50,023 nt of DNA. Origin: Thermoprotei archaeon (GTDB lineage: Archaea; Thermoproteota; Thermoprotei; Thermofilales; B15-G2). The DNA lies in contig QMSB01000003.1 in the NCBI GenBank assembly GCA_003650815.1, positions 1 to 50,023 of the forward strand, given 5' to 3'. The position numbers and the translations under genes are program-made. Under the pieces are notes generated by a model. That model searched no databases. It was not told the DNA's origin and saw only the letters and a program-made list of their open reading frames with translations. Shown here one piece after another: positions 17,844 through 26,196 of this stretch; within the stretch, counting starts at the first letter, position 1; each line of letters begins with the position of its first letter.

Positions 17844-18377
17844 ATGAGAGTGAAATATGCAGAAGCTATAATCGAGGTAGTTAAAGGAGACATAACAGAA
17901 CTAAGTGTTGACGCTATAGTTAATCCAGCAAACTCACTCATGGTGATGGGAGGAGGTGTAGCAGCTGCAATCAAGAGAAAAGGTGGCAGAAAAATAGAGG
18001 AGGAAGCATTGAAGAAAGCACCAGTACCTGTAGGAAAAGCAGTCGTTACATCTGGCGGTAAGCTCAAAGCAAAATATGTTATTCACGCCCCAACTATGAA
18101 AAAACCTGCTCAAAGAACTACACTAGAAGCAGTCGCTAAAGCGGTTACAGCAGCCTTACAAGCAGCTTCGTCCCTCAAAATAAATAGCATAGCTTTTCCA
18201 GGCATGGGAACTGGAGTAGGAGGTCTAAGAATCTACGATGCCGTTAAAGAAATGGCAAAACAGATTAAGAGACATCTAAAGCAGAACAGCTACCCAAAGA
18301 AAGTAGTACTAGTGGCTTATCGAGAAGAAGACTTAGAGGATTTTATAAAGGCGGTATCTGATGTCTTTGGAACATGA
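17844..18377 (+). CDS. Macrodomain (ADP-ribose-binding/hydrolase) protein
   Basis: GDIT, DAIVNPANS, MGGGVAAAI, VIHAPTM, AFPGMGTGVG. Confidence 0.93.
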   Translation: MRVKYAEAIIEVVKGDITELSVDAIVNPANSLMVMGGGVAAAIKRKGGRKIEEEALKKAPVPVGKAVVTSGGKLKAKYVIHAPTMKKPAQRTTLEAVAKAVTAALQAASSLKINSIAFPGMGTGVGGLRIYDAVKEMAKQIKRHLKQNSYPKKVVLVAYREEDLEDFIKAVSDVFGT

Positions 18378-18925
18378 CGAGCAGTACTTTCCCCTACATA
18401 TCACTTTACGCGCTTCACTACCAGTTGCAGACACCGTACTTGCCGACCCCTACTCGTGTTGCCCGTTGTATGTTACAGCTGGCTGAAGCGAAACCAGGGG
18501 AGCTAGTAGTGGACCTCGGGTGTGGTGAAGGCAACGTACTGATAGCCGCAGCCAAGTACTTCAAGTGCAGATGTGTAGGCATAGAGATAGATCCAAGGCT
18601 TGCTAAGAGGGCGAAGAAGAGAGCAGAAGAAGAGGGAGTAGAAGACTTAGTTGAGATAATTATGGGAGACCTTTTCCTCTATGACTTAAGTTCAGCTGAC
18701 ATAGTGACCCTCTACTTACTGCCGAAGACCATACGCTTACTTCAGTACAAGCTTGCTGAAGAGCTGAAAGATACCGCTAAAGTGGTATCACATGACTACC
18801 CGTTAGAAAACACTCCTCCGGCTAAGGTAGCTAAGATCAAGTCATATTCTCCTATACATACTCACAAAGTATTCTTATATTACGCGAAAGACTTAAAGAG
18901 ATTCCAGAGGTCATCTCCAACATAG
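18374..18925 (+). CDS. Class I SAM methyltransferase, aKMT-like protein-lysine methyltransferase
   Basis: PYLPTP, DLGCGEG, GIEID, ADIVTLYL, VVSHDY; same layout as Sulfolobus aKMT. Confidence 0.8.
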   Translation: MTSSTFPYISLYALHYQLQTPYLPTPTRVARCMLQLAEAKPGELVVDLGCGEGNVLIAAAKYFKCRCVGIEIDPRLAKRAKKRAEEEGVEDLVEIIMGDLFLYDLSSADIVTLYLLPKTIRLLQYKLAEELKDTAKVVSHDYPLENTPPAKVAKIKSYSPIHTHKVFLYYAKDLKRFQRSSPT

Positions 18926-19383
18926 TGTAAATTTTTAAGCACTTTACCTCTCCGCATGTTTCTTATCTCGTCACTAGAGTACATAGCAGAGCAGACAGCT
19001 ATAGGCTTGCCATGCCTCTCATCGACCACAACAACAATGTCTTCTTTAGAAAAGTCTCCCCTGACTTCAGTTATTCCAGGTGCCATAACGTCAGCTCCAT
19101 TAGCTATATGAGGAACAGCGCCCATGTCAACGACGACTTTAGGTAAGATGTCCTGGTATTCTGGTTTCAGTAAAATGAAGAGAAGAGGATAAATTCTCCC
19201 ACTTCTCTCTATAGCTATGCAGGGTGTCTTATCTACGATAATTACTGTTCCTGTCTCAACCGAGGCTTTTTCTACCTTCTCTCCCTTCCTTATAAATTTT
19301 ACAAGTCTAGGATATTTACTTTCCAGCTCCTTAGCTAAAGCCTTGCGGTCTTTTTTACTGAGTATATGTCTTTTGATCTTCAC
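18880..19383 (-). CDS. PUA-domain RNA-binding protein (DUF1947, MCT-1/Tma20-like)
   Basis: RHILSKKD, VVDMGAVPHIANGADVMAPGI, LHYVGD. Confidence 0.92.
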   Translation of the reverse strand: MKIKRHILSKKDRKALAKELESKYPRLVKFIRKGEKVEKASVETGTVIIVDKTPCIAIERSGRIYPLLFILLKPEYQDILPKVVVDMGAVPHIANGADVMAPGITEVRGDFSKEDIVVVVDERHGKPIAVCSAMYSSDEIRNMRRGKVLKNLHYVGDDLWNLFKSFA

Positions 19384-19473
19384 AATCTACTCATTATTTA
19401 ATAGCTTATAAACATTGCATTAGATGAATTTAAGCTTAAATAAAGAAGAGGCATATTTCTTTAAGGGAAAAGC

Positions 19474-20151
19474 GTGGTTAAGGTAAGATGTAAACTAGTC
19501 TCTTGGGACGAAGTAGTAGAGTGGTGTAGGCAGCTCTCGCTAAAAATCAAAGAATCTGGCTGGAGTCCCGACACTATTGTTGCCATAGCTAGAGGAGGCT
19601 ACGTTCCAGCTAGGCTCCTGTGTGATTTCTTAGATATCCATGAACTTTTAAGCGTACAGGTGCTTCACTGGGGGAAAGCTGCTGAAATAACAGCTAAGGC
19701 TCATGTGAAATATCCCCTTAAAGTAAATCTCTCAGGAAAAAAAGTGCTTTTAGTAGATGATATAGCTGATACTGGTGACTCAATTATAGTGGCTAAGGAA
19801 CACTTAGAAAGCGAGTGTAAGCCCTCTGAGATCAAAGTAGCTACTATGCAGTGGATAAGCCCTGTCTGTAAAATAAAACCAGATTACTACGTAGATGAAG
19901 TAAAGGAGTGGATCTGGTATCAATATCCATGGACAAGATTAGAAGATACGACGCAGTTTATCACCAAAATGCTTGATGAAGAAGGTAAGAAGAAGAAAGA
20001 GTGGACACTTGAGGAGATCGTAGAGAAATTTAAGGAGTGGTACGGCATTGATGTAGGAAAATCATACTACGAGCTAGCTCTAGAAATATTAGTAGGTGAG
20101 GGAAAGCTTAAGAAAAGGACTCGCGATAGAGAAGTAGTCTACGAACTCTAG
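19474..20151 (+). CDS. Type I phosphoribosyltransferase (purine PRT-like)
   Basis: AIARGG, VLLVDDIADTGDS, PDYY, WYQYPW. Confidence 0.9.
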   Translation: MVKVRCKLVSWDEVVEWCRQLSLKIKESGWSPDTIVAIARGGYVPARLLCDFLDIHELLSVQVLHWGKAAEITAKAHVKYPLKVNLSGKKVLLVDDIADTGDSIIVAKEHLESECKPSEIKVATMQWISPVCKIKPDYYVDEVKEWIWYQYPWTRLEDTTQFITKMLDEEGKKKKEWTLEEIVEKFKEWYGIDVGKSYYELALEILVGEGKLKKRTRDREVVYEL

Positions 20152-20198
20152 TGATGAAGAACCGGGATCAGAGTAGTGACGAAGCCACCCATAGCTGA
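20151..20198 (+). ncRNA. C/D box sRNA (first of a tandem pair)
   Basis: C GTGATGA 20151, D' CAGA 20169, C' GTGACGA 20176, D CTGA 20195; guides of 11 and 12 nt. Confidence 0.85.
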
Positions 20199-20202
20199 CG
20201 AG

Positions 20203-20255
20203 GCGATGAGGAGGCAGGGCGTGCTTACCGGTGACGAGGGACGTGGAGCGTCTGA
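20203..20255 (+). ncRNA. C/D box sRNA (second of a tandem pair)
   Basis: C GCGATGA 20203, degenerate D' CTTA 20224, C' GTGACGA 20231, D CTGA 20252. Confidence 0.7.
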
Positions 20256-20297
20256 GCCCTAAATTATCTTTATAAATTTTTCTTTAGATAATTCATC

Positions 20298-20876
20298 GTG
20301 GCCCTAGAGGAGAAGACTGTATATTTTGAGGAGTTCAAGGAGGAAGAAAACACTGAAGCTACTCTGAAGATAGCTAAGGAGTATGCATTGAAGTACAACA
20401 TAAAGAACATAGTAGTCGCCTCTACTAGAGGAAAAGTAGCTGAAAAGGCTCTCAAGTTCTTTGACCCAGCAGAATATAACTTAGTTATAGTAACTCACAC
20501 CAGCTGGTTTAGAGGAAAAATACGGCAGGAACTTGATGAAAATATTAAAAAGAAACTAATTGAAAGAGGAGCTCATATAGTTACTGCAGCTCATGCCTTT
20601 GGAGGAGTCTCAAGAAGTATTGAGAAAAAATATGGTGGAATAACTTTAGTGGGACTTGTAGCAAATGTCCTCCGTAGATTTTGTGAGGGAATGAAAGTAG
20701 CTGTAGAAATAACTTTAATGGCAACAGATGCTGGGTACTTTGCTCCAGGTGAAGAAGTTATAGCTATTGCTGGTACAGGCAGAGGCGCAGATACAGCTGT
20801 GATTTTAACTGCAGCGCCCTCTCACAAATTCTTTGATACAAAAATAAAGAAAATACTTGCTAAACCCATCTTTTAA
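20298..20876 (+). CDS. Pyruvate kinase C-terminal (alpha/beta) domain-like protein
   Basis: NTEATL, IVVASTRG, VTH, GMKVAVEI..MATDAG, AGTGRGADTA. Confidence 0.85.
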   Translation: MALEEKTVYFEEFKEEENTEATLKIAKEYALKYNIKNIVVASTRGKVAEKALKFFDPAEYNLVIVTHTSWFRGKIRQELDENIKKKLIERGAHIVTAAHAFGGVSRSIEKKYGGITLVGLVANVLRRFCEGMKVAVEITLMATDAGYFAPGEEVIAIAGTGRGADTAVILTAAPSHKFFDTKIKKILAKPIF

Positions 20877-20913
20877 GATAAGAATTTAAATTAGTTTTTT
20901 ACCTAAATTACTG

Positions 20914-20963
20914 GTGATGAGTACTCCCGGAAGTGAGTAGATGACCTCAACTTACCCGGCTGA
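20914..20963 (+). ncRNA. C/D box sRNA
   Basis: C GTGATGA 20914, D' GTGA 20933, C' TAGATGA 20938, D CTGA 20960. Confidence 0.85.
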
Positions 20964-20999
20964 CATCTTTCTATGTTAAGCTTACTTGTGTTCGAGCTA

Positions 21000-21255
21000 A
21001 ATTACCCGATGTTTCCCAAGCATCATCAGTAAATATCGGTAAAATCTCCATAGGAAAAGTAGGTTCAAGAGGCTCGTTTCGTCTGAATACATCAGTAAAG
21101 TACATCACTTTCCATTGATACTGATTAACGGCATCTATCATCGGTAAAATGTTTACTTCGGTAAAATTAATGTAATTTACTGATGTTTTTACTGATGTAA
21201 TGTCTTCATAAATTCATTAATTTATGACATAAAGCTACGCGAATTTTACCGAGAT
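21000..21255. repeat. Cluster of oriented CATCRGTAAA-type repeats with mini-ORB-like boxes, candidate replication origin
   Basis: Forward copies at 21024, 21034, 21090, 21139 and 21156; reverse copies at 21176, 21188 and 21243. TCCATAGGAAA at 21047-21057. AT-rich 21160-21235. Confidence 0.6.
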
Positions 21256-21327
21256 TTTTCTCAAGCAGTTTTCACTACTCATGCTTCGAAATACATTATA
21301 GTTTCCTTGCTAACATATTTACAGGAA

Positions 21328-23046
21328 ATGCTTGCTGTAATTATTGATGGCTATACAGATGAGCCTGCTGGGCTAGGCGTCCCTCCCTACTTAGACGTTT
21401 ACCCACGATACACTGCTGGTGCTATATGGACTTTGTATCCCGATGCTACGGTAAAGTATTTTACCGTAGATATTGCAAGGAAAAATCTAGATGCTCTCCA
21501 GAAAATATGTTCTAAAGCCACTTTACTAATTATAGTTGCTGGAGTATGTGTTCCTGGTAAGTACTTAGGAGGAGATCCTATTAGATTAGATGAGCTCATT
21601 AAGTGGAGCTCTATTCTTGGCGCTAAAATTAAGATACTTGGAGGCCCTGTCGCTAGATTTGGTTATGGAAGCGAGGGCGGTAAAATAGCTATTGAGCCTA
21701 AGTTTTTTGAGAACTACTATGATATTGTTGTTCGCGGAGACGTGGAAATAGTAGTTAGAGATCTCATATTGGAGAAATTTTCTGTTGAGAAAATAGATCC
21801 ATTTGCCCAGCGAGTAGACTACAGTGAAATAAGGGAGTTCGCCATAAGGGGTGCAGCAATAGCTTCTCAGCATCCATGCTTTGGTAAAAACCTTATTTGT
21901 GAGATAGAGACTTACCGAGGATGCCCCCGCTATGTTGTTGGCGGATGCTCGTTTTGCACTACTGTCAGATATGGGAGAGTAGTTTACAGAAATGTAGAAG
22001 ATATAGTGGCGGAGGTTAAGGCGCTACATGATATTGGTGTAAGACACTTCAGAATAGGGAGACAAGCTGACTTTTACACTTACATGGCTGTAGATACTGG
22101 TAAGACAGAGTTTCCTAAACCCTCGCCACAGGCTATTGAAAGACTTCTCCGAGGAATAAGAGTAAACGCTCCAATGATAGAGACTCTTCATATAGATAAT
22201 GTCAATCCGGGAACTGTTTACCATCATGAGAAAGAGTCTATCGAGATCACTAGGATCATTATGAAGTATCATACCCCTGGTGATGTGGCTGCCTTCGGTA
22301 TAGAGACAGCTGACCCTAGAGTTGTGAAACTGAATAACTTGAAGGTTATGCCTGAGGAAGCTTTTGAGGCTATTAAGATACTAAATAAGGTCGGGAGAGT
22401 AAGGGGATTGAATGGCTTACCAGAGATTCTTCCAGGAGTAAACTTTGTTCTGGGTCTCATTGGAGAAACTAAGGAGACTTACTACTTGAACTTAGAGTTT
22501 CTACGGAGAGTTTTGAGAGAAGGTTTACTATTGAGAAGGATTAACATAAGACAAGTTTTAGCGTTTCCCAATACTCCTATGTGGAAAATAGGTAATAGGA
22601 TCATAAGAAAACACAGAAAGTATTTTCAGTGGTTTAAGAGTAAAGTCAGGAGGGAAATAGATCAGCCTATGTTGATGAAGCTTGTTCCACTGGGTACTGT
22701 GCTGAGGAAGGCGTTTACTGAAAGTTATTATGGTAAAGCTACCTATGCTAGACAGCCCGGGACATATCCCCTGCTTCTCTACTGCCCTGAGAGACTTCCT
22801 CTTCATCGGTACATGGATTTTGCCGTAGTCGGCTATGGCTATAGGTCAGTTACTGTTGTTCCTTACCCGTTAGACGTTAATAGAGCTCCTCCTGTTCTTC
22901 TTGAGCTTGTTCCAGGGATAAGTCGGAAGAAAGCTTTTGAGATAAAGCTTAAGAGACCCTTTAAGTCTCTTAAGGAGGTAAGAGAAATAGTTGGCTCTGA
23001 GGAGCCTCTTAAGTACCTTAGTTTAGGCGATAGCAGTGAGGCTTAA
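21328..23046 (+). CDS. Radical SAM protein with a C-terminal helix-hairpin-helix (conserved archaeal family)
   Basis: IDGYTDEPAGLGVPPY, ETYRGC..GGCSFC, LHIDN, RRINIRQV, C-terminal VPGISRKKA; ORF track start 21307. Confidence 0.9.
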   Translation: MLAVIIDGYTDEPAGLGVPPYLDVYPRYTAGAIWTLYPDATVKYFTVDIARKNLDALQKICSKATLLIIVAGVCVPGKYLGGDPIRLDELIKWSSILGAKIKILGGPVARFGYGSEGGKIAIEPKFFENYYDIVVRGDVEIVVRDLILEKFSVEKIDPFAQRVDYSEIREFAIRGAAIASQHPCFGKNLICEIETYRGCPRYVVGGCSFCTTVRYGRVVYRNVEDIVAEVKALHDIGVRHFRIGRQADFYTYMAVDTGKTEFPKPSPQAIERLLRGIRVNAPMIETLHIDNVNPGTVYHHEKESIEITRIIMKYHTPGDVAAFGIETADPRVVKLNNLKVMPEEAFEAIKILNKVGRVRGLNGLPEILPGVNFVLGLIGETKETYYLNLEFLRRVLREGLLLRRINIRQVLAFPNTPMWKIGNRIIRKHRKYFQWFKSKVRREIDQPMLMKLVPLGTVLRKAFTESYYGKATYARQPGTYPLLLYCPERLPLHRYMDFAVVGYGYRSVTVVPYPLDVNRAPPVLLELVPGISRKKAFEIKLKRPFKSLKEVREIVGSEEPLKYLSLGDSSEA

Positions 23047-23887
23047 GGACTACTTCAAAGGAAAAATTAGTGATAATTTACTCAAGTACATTCCCTCAAG
23101 TTACGAGATAATTGGATCTAGGAGTAAGGCAGTGGCTATAGTTGAGATACCGTGTGAAGTTGAGCATCTGAAGTACGAGATTGCCGAGGCAATTGTGAAG
23201 ATAAATAAGCATGTAAAGACTGTTCTTAGGAAAAAGTCTGGTAGGCAGGGAGTGTTTCGCATAAGAGACTACGAAATTTTATGGGGAGACCCTGACACTG
23301 AGGTTGTTCACAAGGAATATGGGTATCTGATTAAGCTTGATCCTCGTAAAGTATACTTTTCGGCTAGAGAGGGCACGGAAAGAATGAGAATAGCTCGCCA
23401 GGTTAGGCCAGGAGAAGTAGTAATGTATATGTTTGCTGGTGTAGGTCCCTTTGCTATAGCGATAGCTAAGCACCAGCCTTTAGTGAGAAAAATAATTGCT
23501 GCCGAAATAAATCCCGACGCATACAGATATCTGCTAGAGAATATTAAGCTAAATAAACTCGAGAGTGTTGTTGAAGCTTATCTGGGGGATGTTAGGGAGA
23601 TTTGTCCCAAATGGTATGGCACTTGTGACCGAGTATTGATGCCCCTTCCTAAAGGCGCTCACACCTTCTTAGACGTCGCTCTTAGCTGTCTAAAGCCCGA
23701 AGGCGGAGTAGTCCACTTCTATCACTGGTCACACGAGAACACCCTTTTCCGAGACGCCGAGAAGATAGTGGGTGAGTGGTGTACGAGGCTTGGATACAAA
23801 TATAAAATTCTGTCAAAGAGAATTGTCTTACCTTATGCTCCGAGAGTATATAAAGTATGCCTAGACTTTTTTGCTATTAGAAATTAA
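23036..23887 (+). CDS. Trm5/Taw2(TYW2)-family tRNA-37 modifying SAM-dependent transferase
   Basis: SYEIIG, HKEYG..KLDPRKVYFSAR..ER, MFAGVGPF, EINPDA, RVLMPLP, YAP. Confidence 0.88.
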   Translation: MRLKDYFKGKISDNLLKYIPSSYEIIGSRSKAVAIVEIPCEVEHLKYEIAEAIVKINKHVKTVLRKKSGRQGVFRIRDYEILWGDPDTEVVHKEYGYLIKLDPRKVYFSAREGTERMRIARQVRPGEVVMYMFAGVGPFAIAIAKHQPLVRKIIAAEINPDAYRYLLENIKLNKLESVVEAYLGDVREICPKWYGTCDRVLMPLPKGAHTFLDVALSCLKPEGGVVHFYHWSHENTLFRDAEKIVGEWCTRLGYKYKILSKRIVLPYAPRVYKVCLDFFAIRN

Positions 23888-23920
23888 TGCTTATATTTAT
23901 AGACAGAAAATAATCAACGG

Positions 23921-24325
23921 ATGTCGAGAGTCATTTTTCATCCAGATAAGTGCTCGGGATGTCACATCTGTGAAGAAGCATGTAGTTTTCAACACTTCGG
24001 CGTAATCAATATTTCTAAGAGCAGAATTCGGGTGTCGACTAGGTTTTCGCCAGAAGGAGTATTTCATGAAGCCAAGGTATGTTTGCAGTGTGAAGGAGCT
24101 CCCTGTACGCGTGTCTGTCCTACAGGAGCTCTTCAAAAGAACGAAGATGGTCACTTAGTTTTCAACGAAGATAAATGTATTGGATGTATGCTATGTGCTA
24201 AGGCCTGTCCCTACGGACTCATATTTAAACACCCGGAGCTGAAGATTCCTTTAGTGTGCGATATGTGTGGAGGAGATCCTCTCTGTGTTAAGTGGTGTCC
24301 TATGGGAGCTCTTGAGGTGAGATAA
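23921..24325 (+). CDS. Poly-[4Fe-4S] ferredoxin-like subunit coupled to AOR
   Basis: CSGCHICEEAC, CLQCEGAPCTRVCP, CIGCMLCAKACP, CDMC...CVKWCP; 1-nt overlap with AOR. Confidence 0.9.
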   Translation: MSRVIFHPDKCSGCHICEEACSFQHFGVINISKSRIRVSTRFSPEGVFHEAKVCLQCEGAPCTRVCPTGALQKNEDGHLVFNEDKCIGCMLCAKACPYGLIFKHPELKIPLVCDMCGGDPLCVKWCPMGALEVR

Positions 24326-26196
24326 TGGATTTTAAAGGAGGGTGGATTGGTAAGATCCTTAGAGTAGATCTTACCTCAGGTAAAATTAGGGAACAGGAGC
24401 TTGATAAGGATCTAGCACTTAATTTTATTGGAGGACGAGGGTTTGCTATAAAAATACTGTGGGACGAACTGCCCCGAGGAATAGATCCTCTTTCACCACA
24501 AAATAAGCTGATCATAGCTACTGGTCCAGTTACTGGAACACTAGTTCCGAGCAGCGGTAAGATAGTGATCGCCTCTAAGTCTCCTCTAACAGGTGGATAT
24601 GGTGACGGAAACATAGGTTCCCTTATTTCAGCGAAATTAAAGATGTGTGGGTACGACGCTATAGTCATAGAGGGAGCTTCACCTAAGCCAGTTTACCTGT
24701 ATGTGACTCCTGGTACTGTTGAATTAAGGGACGCTGGCCACTTATGGGGTAAGGGGGCGATTGACTCTGATGTAGCGTTACGTGAAGACTATGGACACGA
24801 CATTGGCACGCTAATTATAGGTCCGGCTGGAGAAAACTTAGTTAAAATATCTACGGTTATCTCTGAATTTGGACGAGCTGGTGGACGGCCGGGAATGGGA
24901 GCTGTTTTCGGGTTTAAGAAACTTAAAGCCATAGTATGTGACGGGTGGAAGGACATTCCAGTGGCCGACATAGAGAAACTAGCTGAGTTATTTAGAGAAG
25001 CTGTAGACTTCCTTAAGAAGTCTCCTGCTTACGAGAAGTGGATACATCAAGGAACAATGATGACTATAGAGTGGAGTCAGGAAGCCTCTGTTCTACCCGC
25101 CTTTAACTTCAGTGAAGGAGTTTTCGACGGATATAGTAAGATAGGAGGAGAGACTATGGACAAAGAGTATAAAGTGTTGCGCAGAGGCTGTCTATTTTGC
25201 CCAATGCCTTGCGGCAATGTCTGTATAGCTAGAAGAGGAAAATATGCGGGAAGCTGGGGAGAACTGGACTACGAGAATGTAGCCATGATGGGATCCAACA
25301 TAGGCGTAGACTCCATGGACGCGGTCGTTAAAATGAACTTCATGGCTGACCAACTCGGACTAGATGCTATCTCAACAGGCTCTGTAATAGGCTTCGCTAT
25401 GAACCTATACTCGGAGGGAATAATCTCTGAAAAGGACACGGGCGGGCTTAAGCTAGAGTATGGAAATCCTGACGTAGCTCTGTCTTTAATGGAGATGGTG
25501 GCTTATAGAAAAGGTTTTGGAGATCTGCTTGCTGAAGGTGTTAAGAGAGTCGCGGAGAAGTACGGAGGAAGAGCACTTGAGATAGCCATGCATGTTAAGG
25601 GATTAGAGATATCAGCTTACGACTGTCATGCTGCGCCAGGAATGGCTTTAGCTTATGGCACGTCTCCTATAGGTGCTCATCACAAAGATGCTTGGTTCAT
25701 AGCCTGGGAGTTAAAGATGGGAAGAGACCTCATTTCAAGAGAAAAAGCAGAAAGGCTTATCGAAATGCAGAGAATTAGAGGAGGTATCTTCGAGACATTT
25801 ACGGTCTGCCGCCTTCCGTGGATAGAATTAGGACTAGAGTTAGATTACTATGTCAAGGCATTTAATGCGGTTACAGGTTTAGATTACACTCTTGAGGACC
25901 ACTATAAGGTGGCTGACAGGATATACCATCTGATAAGAGCTTTCTGGATAAGAGAATATGGCGGCTGGAGCAAGACATACGACTATCCTCCCGAGAAGTG
26001 GTTCAAGGACCCACTATCTAAGGGACCGTTAGCTGGAAGAAAGCTTGACAAGGAGAAATACGATAAGCTACTGATGTACTACTATGAGACTAGAGGCTGG
26101 GATGAAAATGGTATTCCTAAGAAAGATACACTGAAATCCTACGGATTAGATTACGTTATACCAGAGTTAGAAAAAATTGGAGTTAAGTTAAAGTAA
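24325..26196 (+). CDS. Tungsten-dependent aldehyde:ferredoxin oxidoreductase family protein
   Basis: ILRVDL, KSPLTG, IGPAGEN, GRPGMGAV, CLFCPMPC, DQLGLDAIS, HVKGLE, YYETRGWD. Confidence 0.95.
   Translation: MDFKGGWIGKILRVDLTSGKIREQELDKDLALNFIGGRGFAIKILWDELPRGIDPLSPQNKLIIATGPVTGTLVPSSGKIVIASKSPLTGGYGDGNIGSLISAKLKMCGYDAIVIEGASPKPVYLYVTPGTVELRDAGHLWGKGAIDSDVALREDYGHDIGTLIIGPAGENLVKISTVISEFGRAGGRPGMGAVFGFKKLKAIVCDGWKDIPVADIEKLAELFREAVDFLKKSPAYEKWIHQGTMMTIEWSQEASVLPAFNFSEGVFDGYSKIGGETMDKEYKVLRRGCLFCPMPCGNVCIARRGKYAGSWGELDYENVAMMGSNIGVDSMDAVVKMNFMADQLGLDAISTGSVIGFAMNLYSEGIISEKDTGGLKLEYGNPDVALSLMEMVAYRKGFGDLLAEGVKRVAEKYGGRALEIAMHVKGLEISAYDCHAAPGMALAYGTSPIGAHHKDAWFIAWELKMGRDLISREKAERLIEMQRIRGGIFETFTVCRLPWIELGLELDYYVKAFNAVTGLDYTLEDHYKVADRIYHLIRAFWIREYGGWSKTYDYPPEKWFKDPLSKGPLAGRKLDKEKYDKLLMYYYETRGWDENGIPKKDTLKSYGLDYVIPELEKIGVKLK

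Noticed and set aside
20151-20255. TIGR-like or CRISPR-like guide array
   Set aside because: Only two units with ordinary C/D'/C'/D spacing and no adjacent Nop-domain or Cas gene; standard C/D sRNAs explain it.
21000-21255. CRISPR array
   Set aside because: The repeats are 10-12 bp, irregularly spaced and in both orientations.
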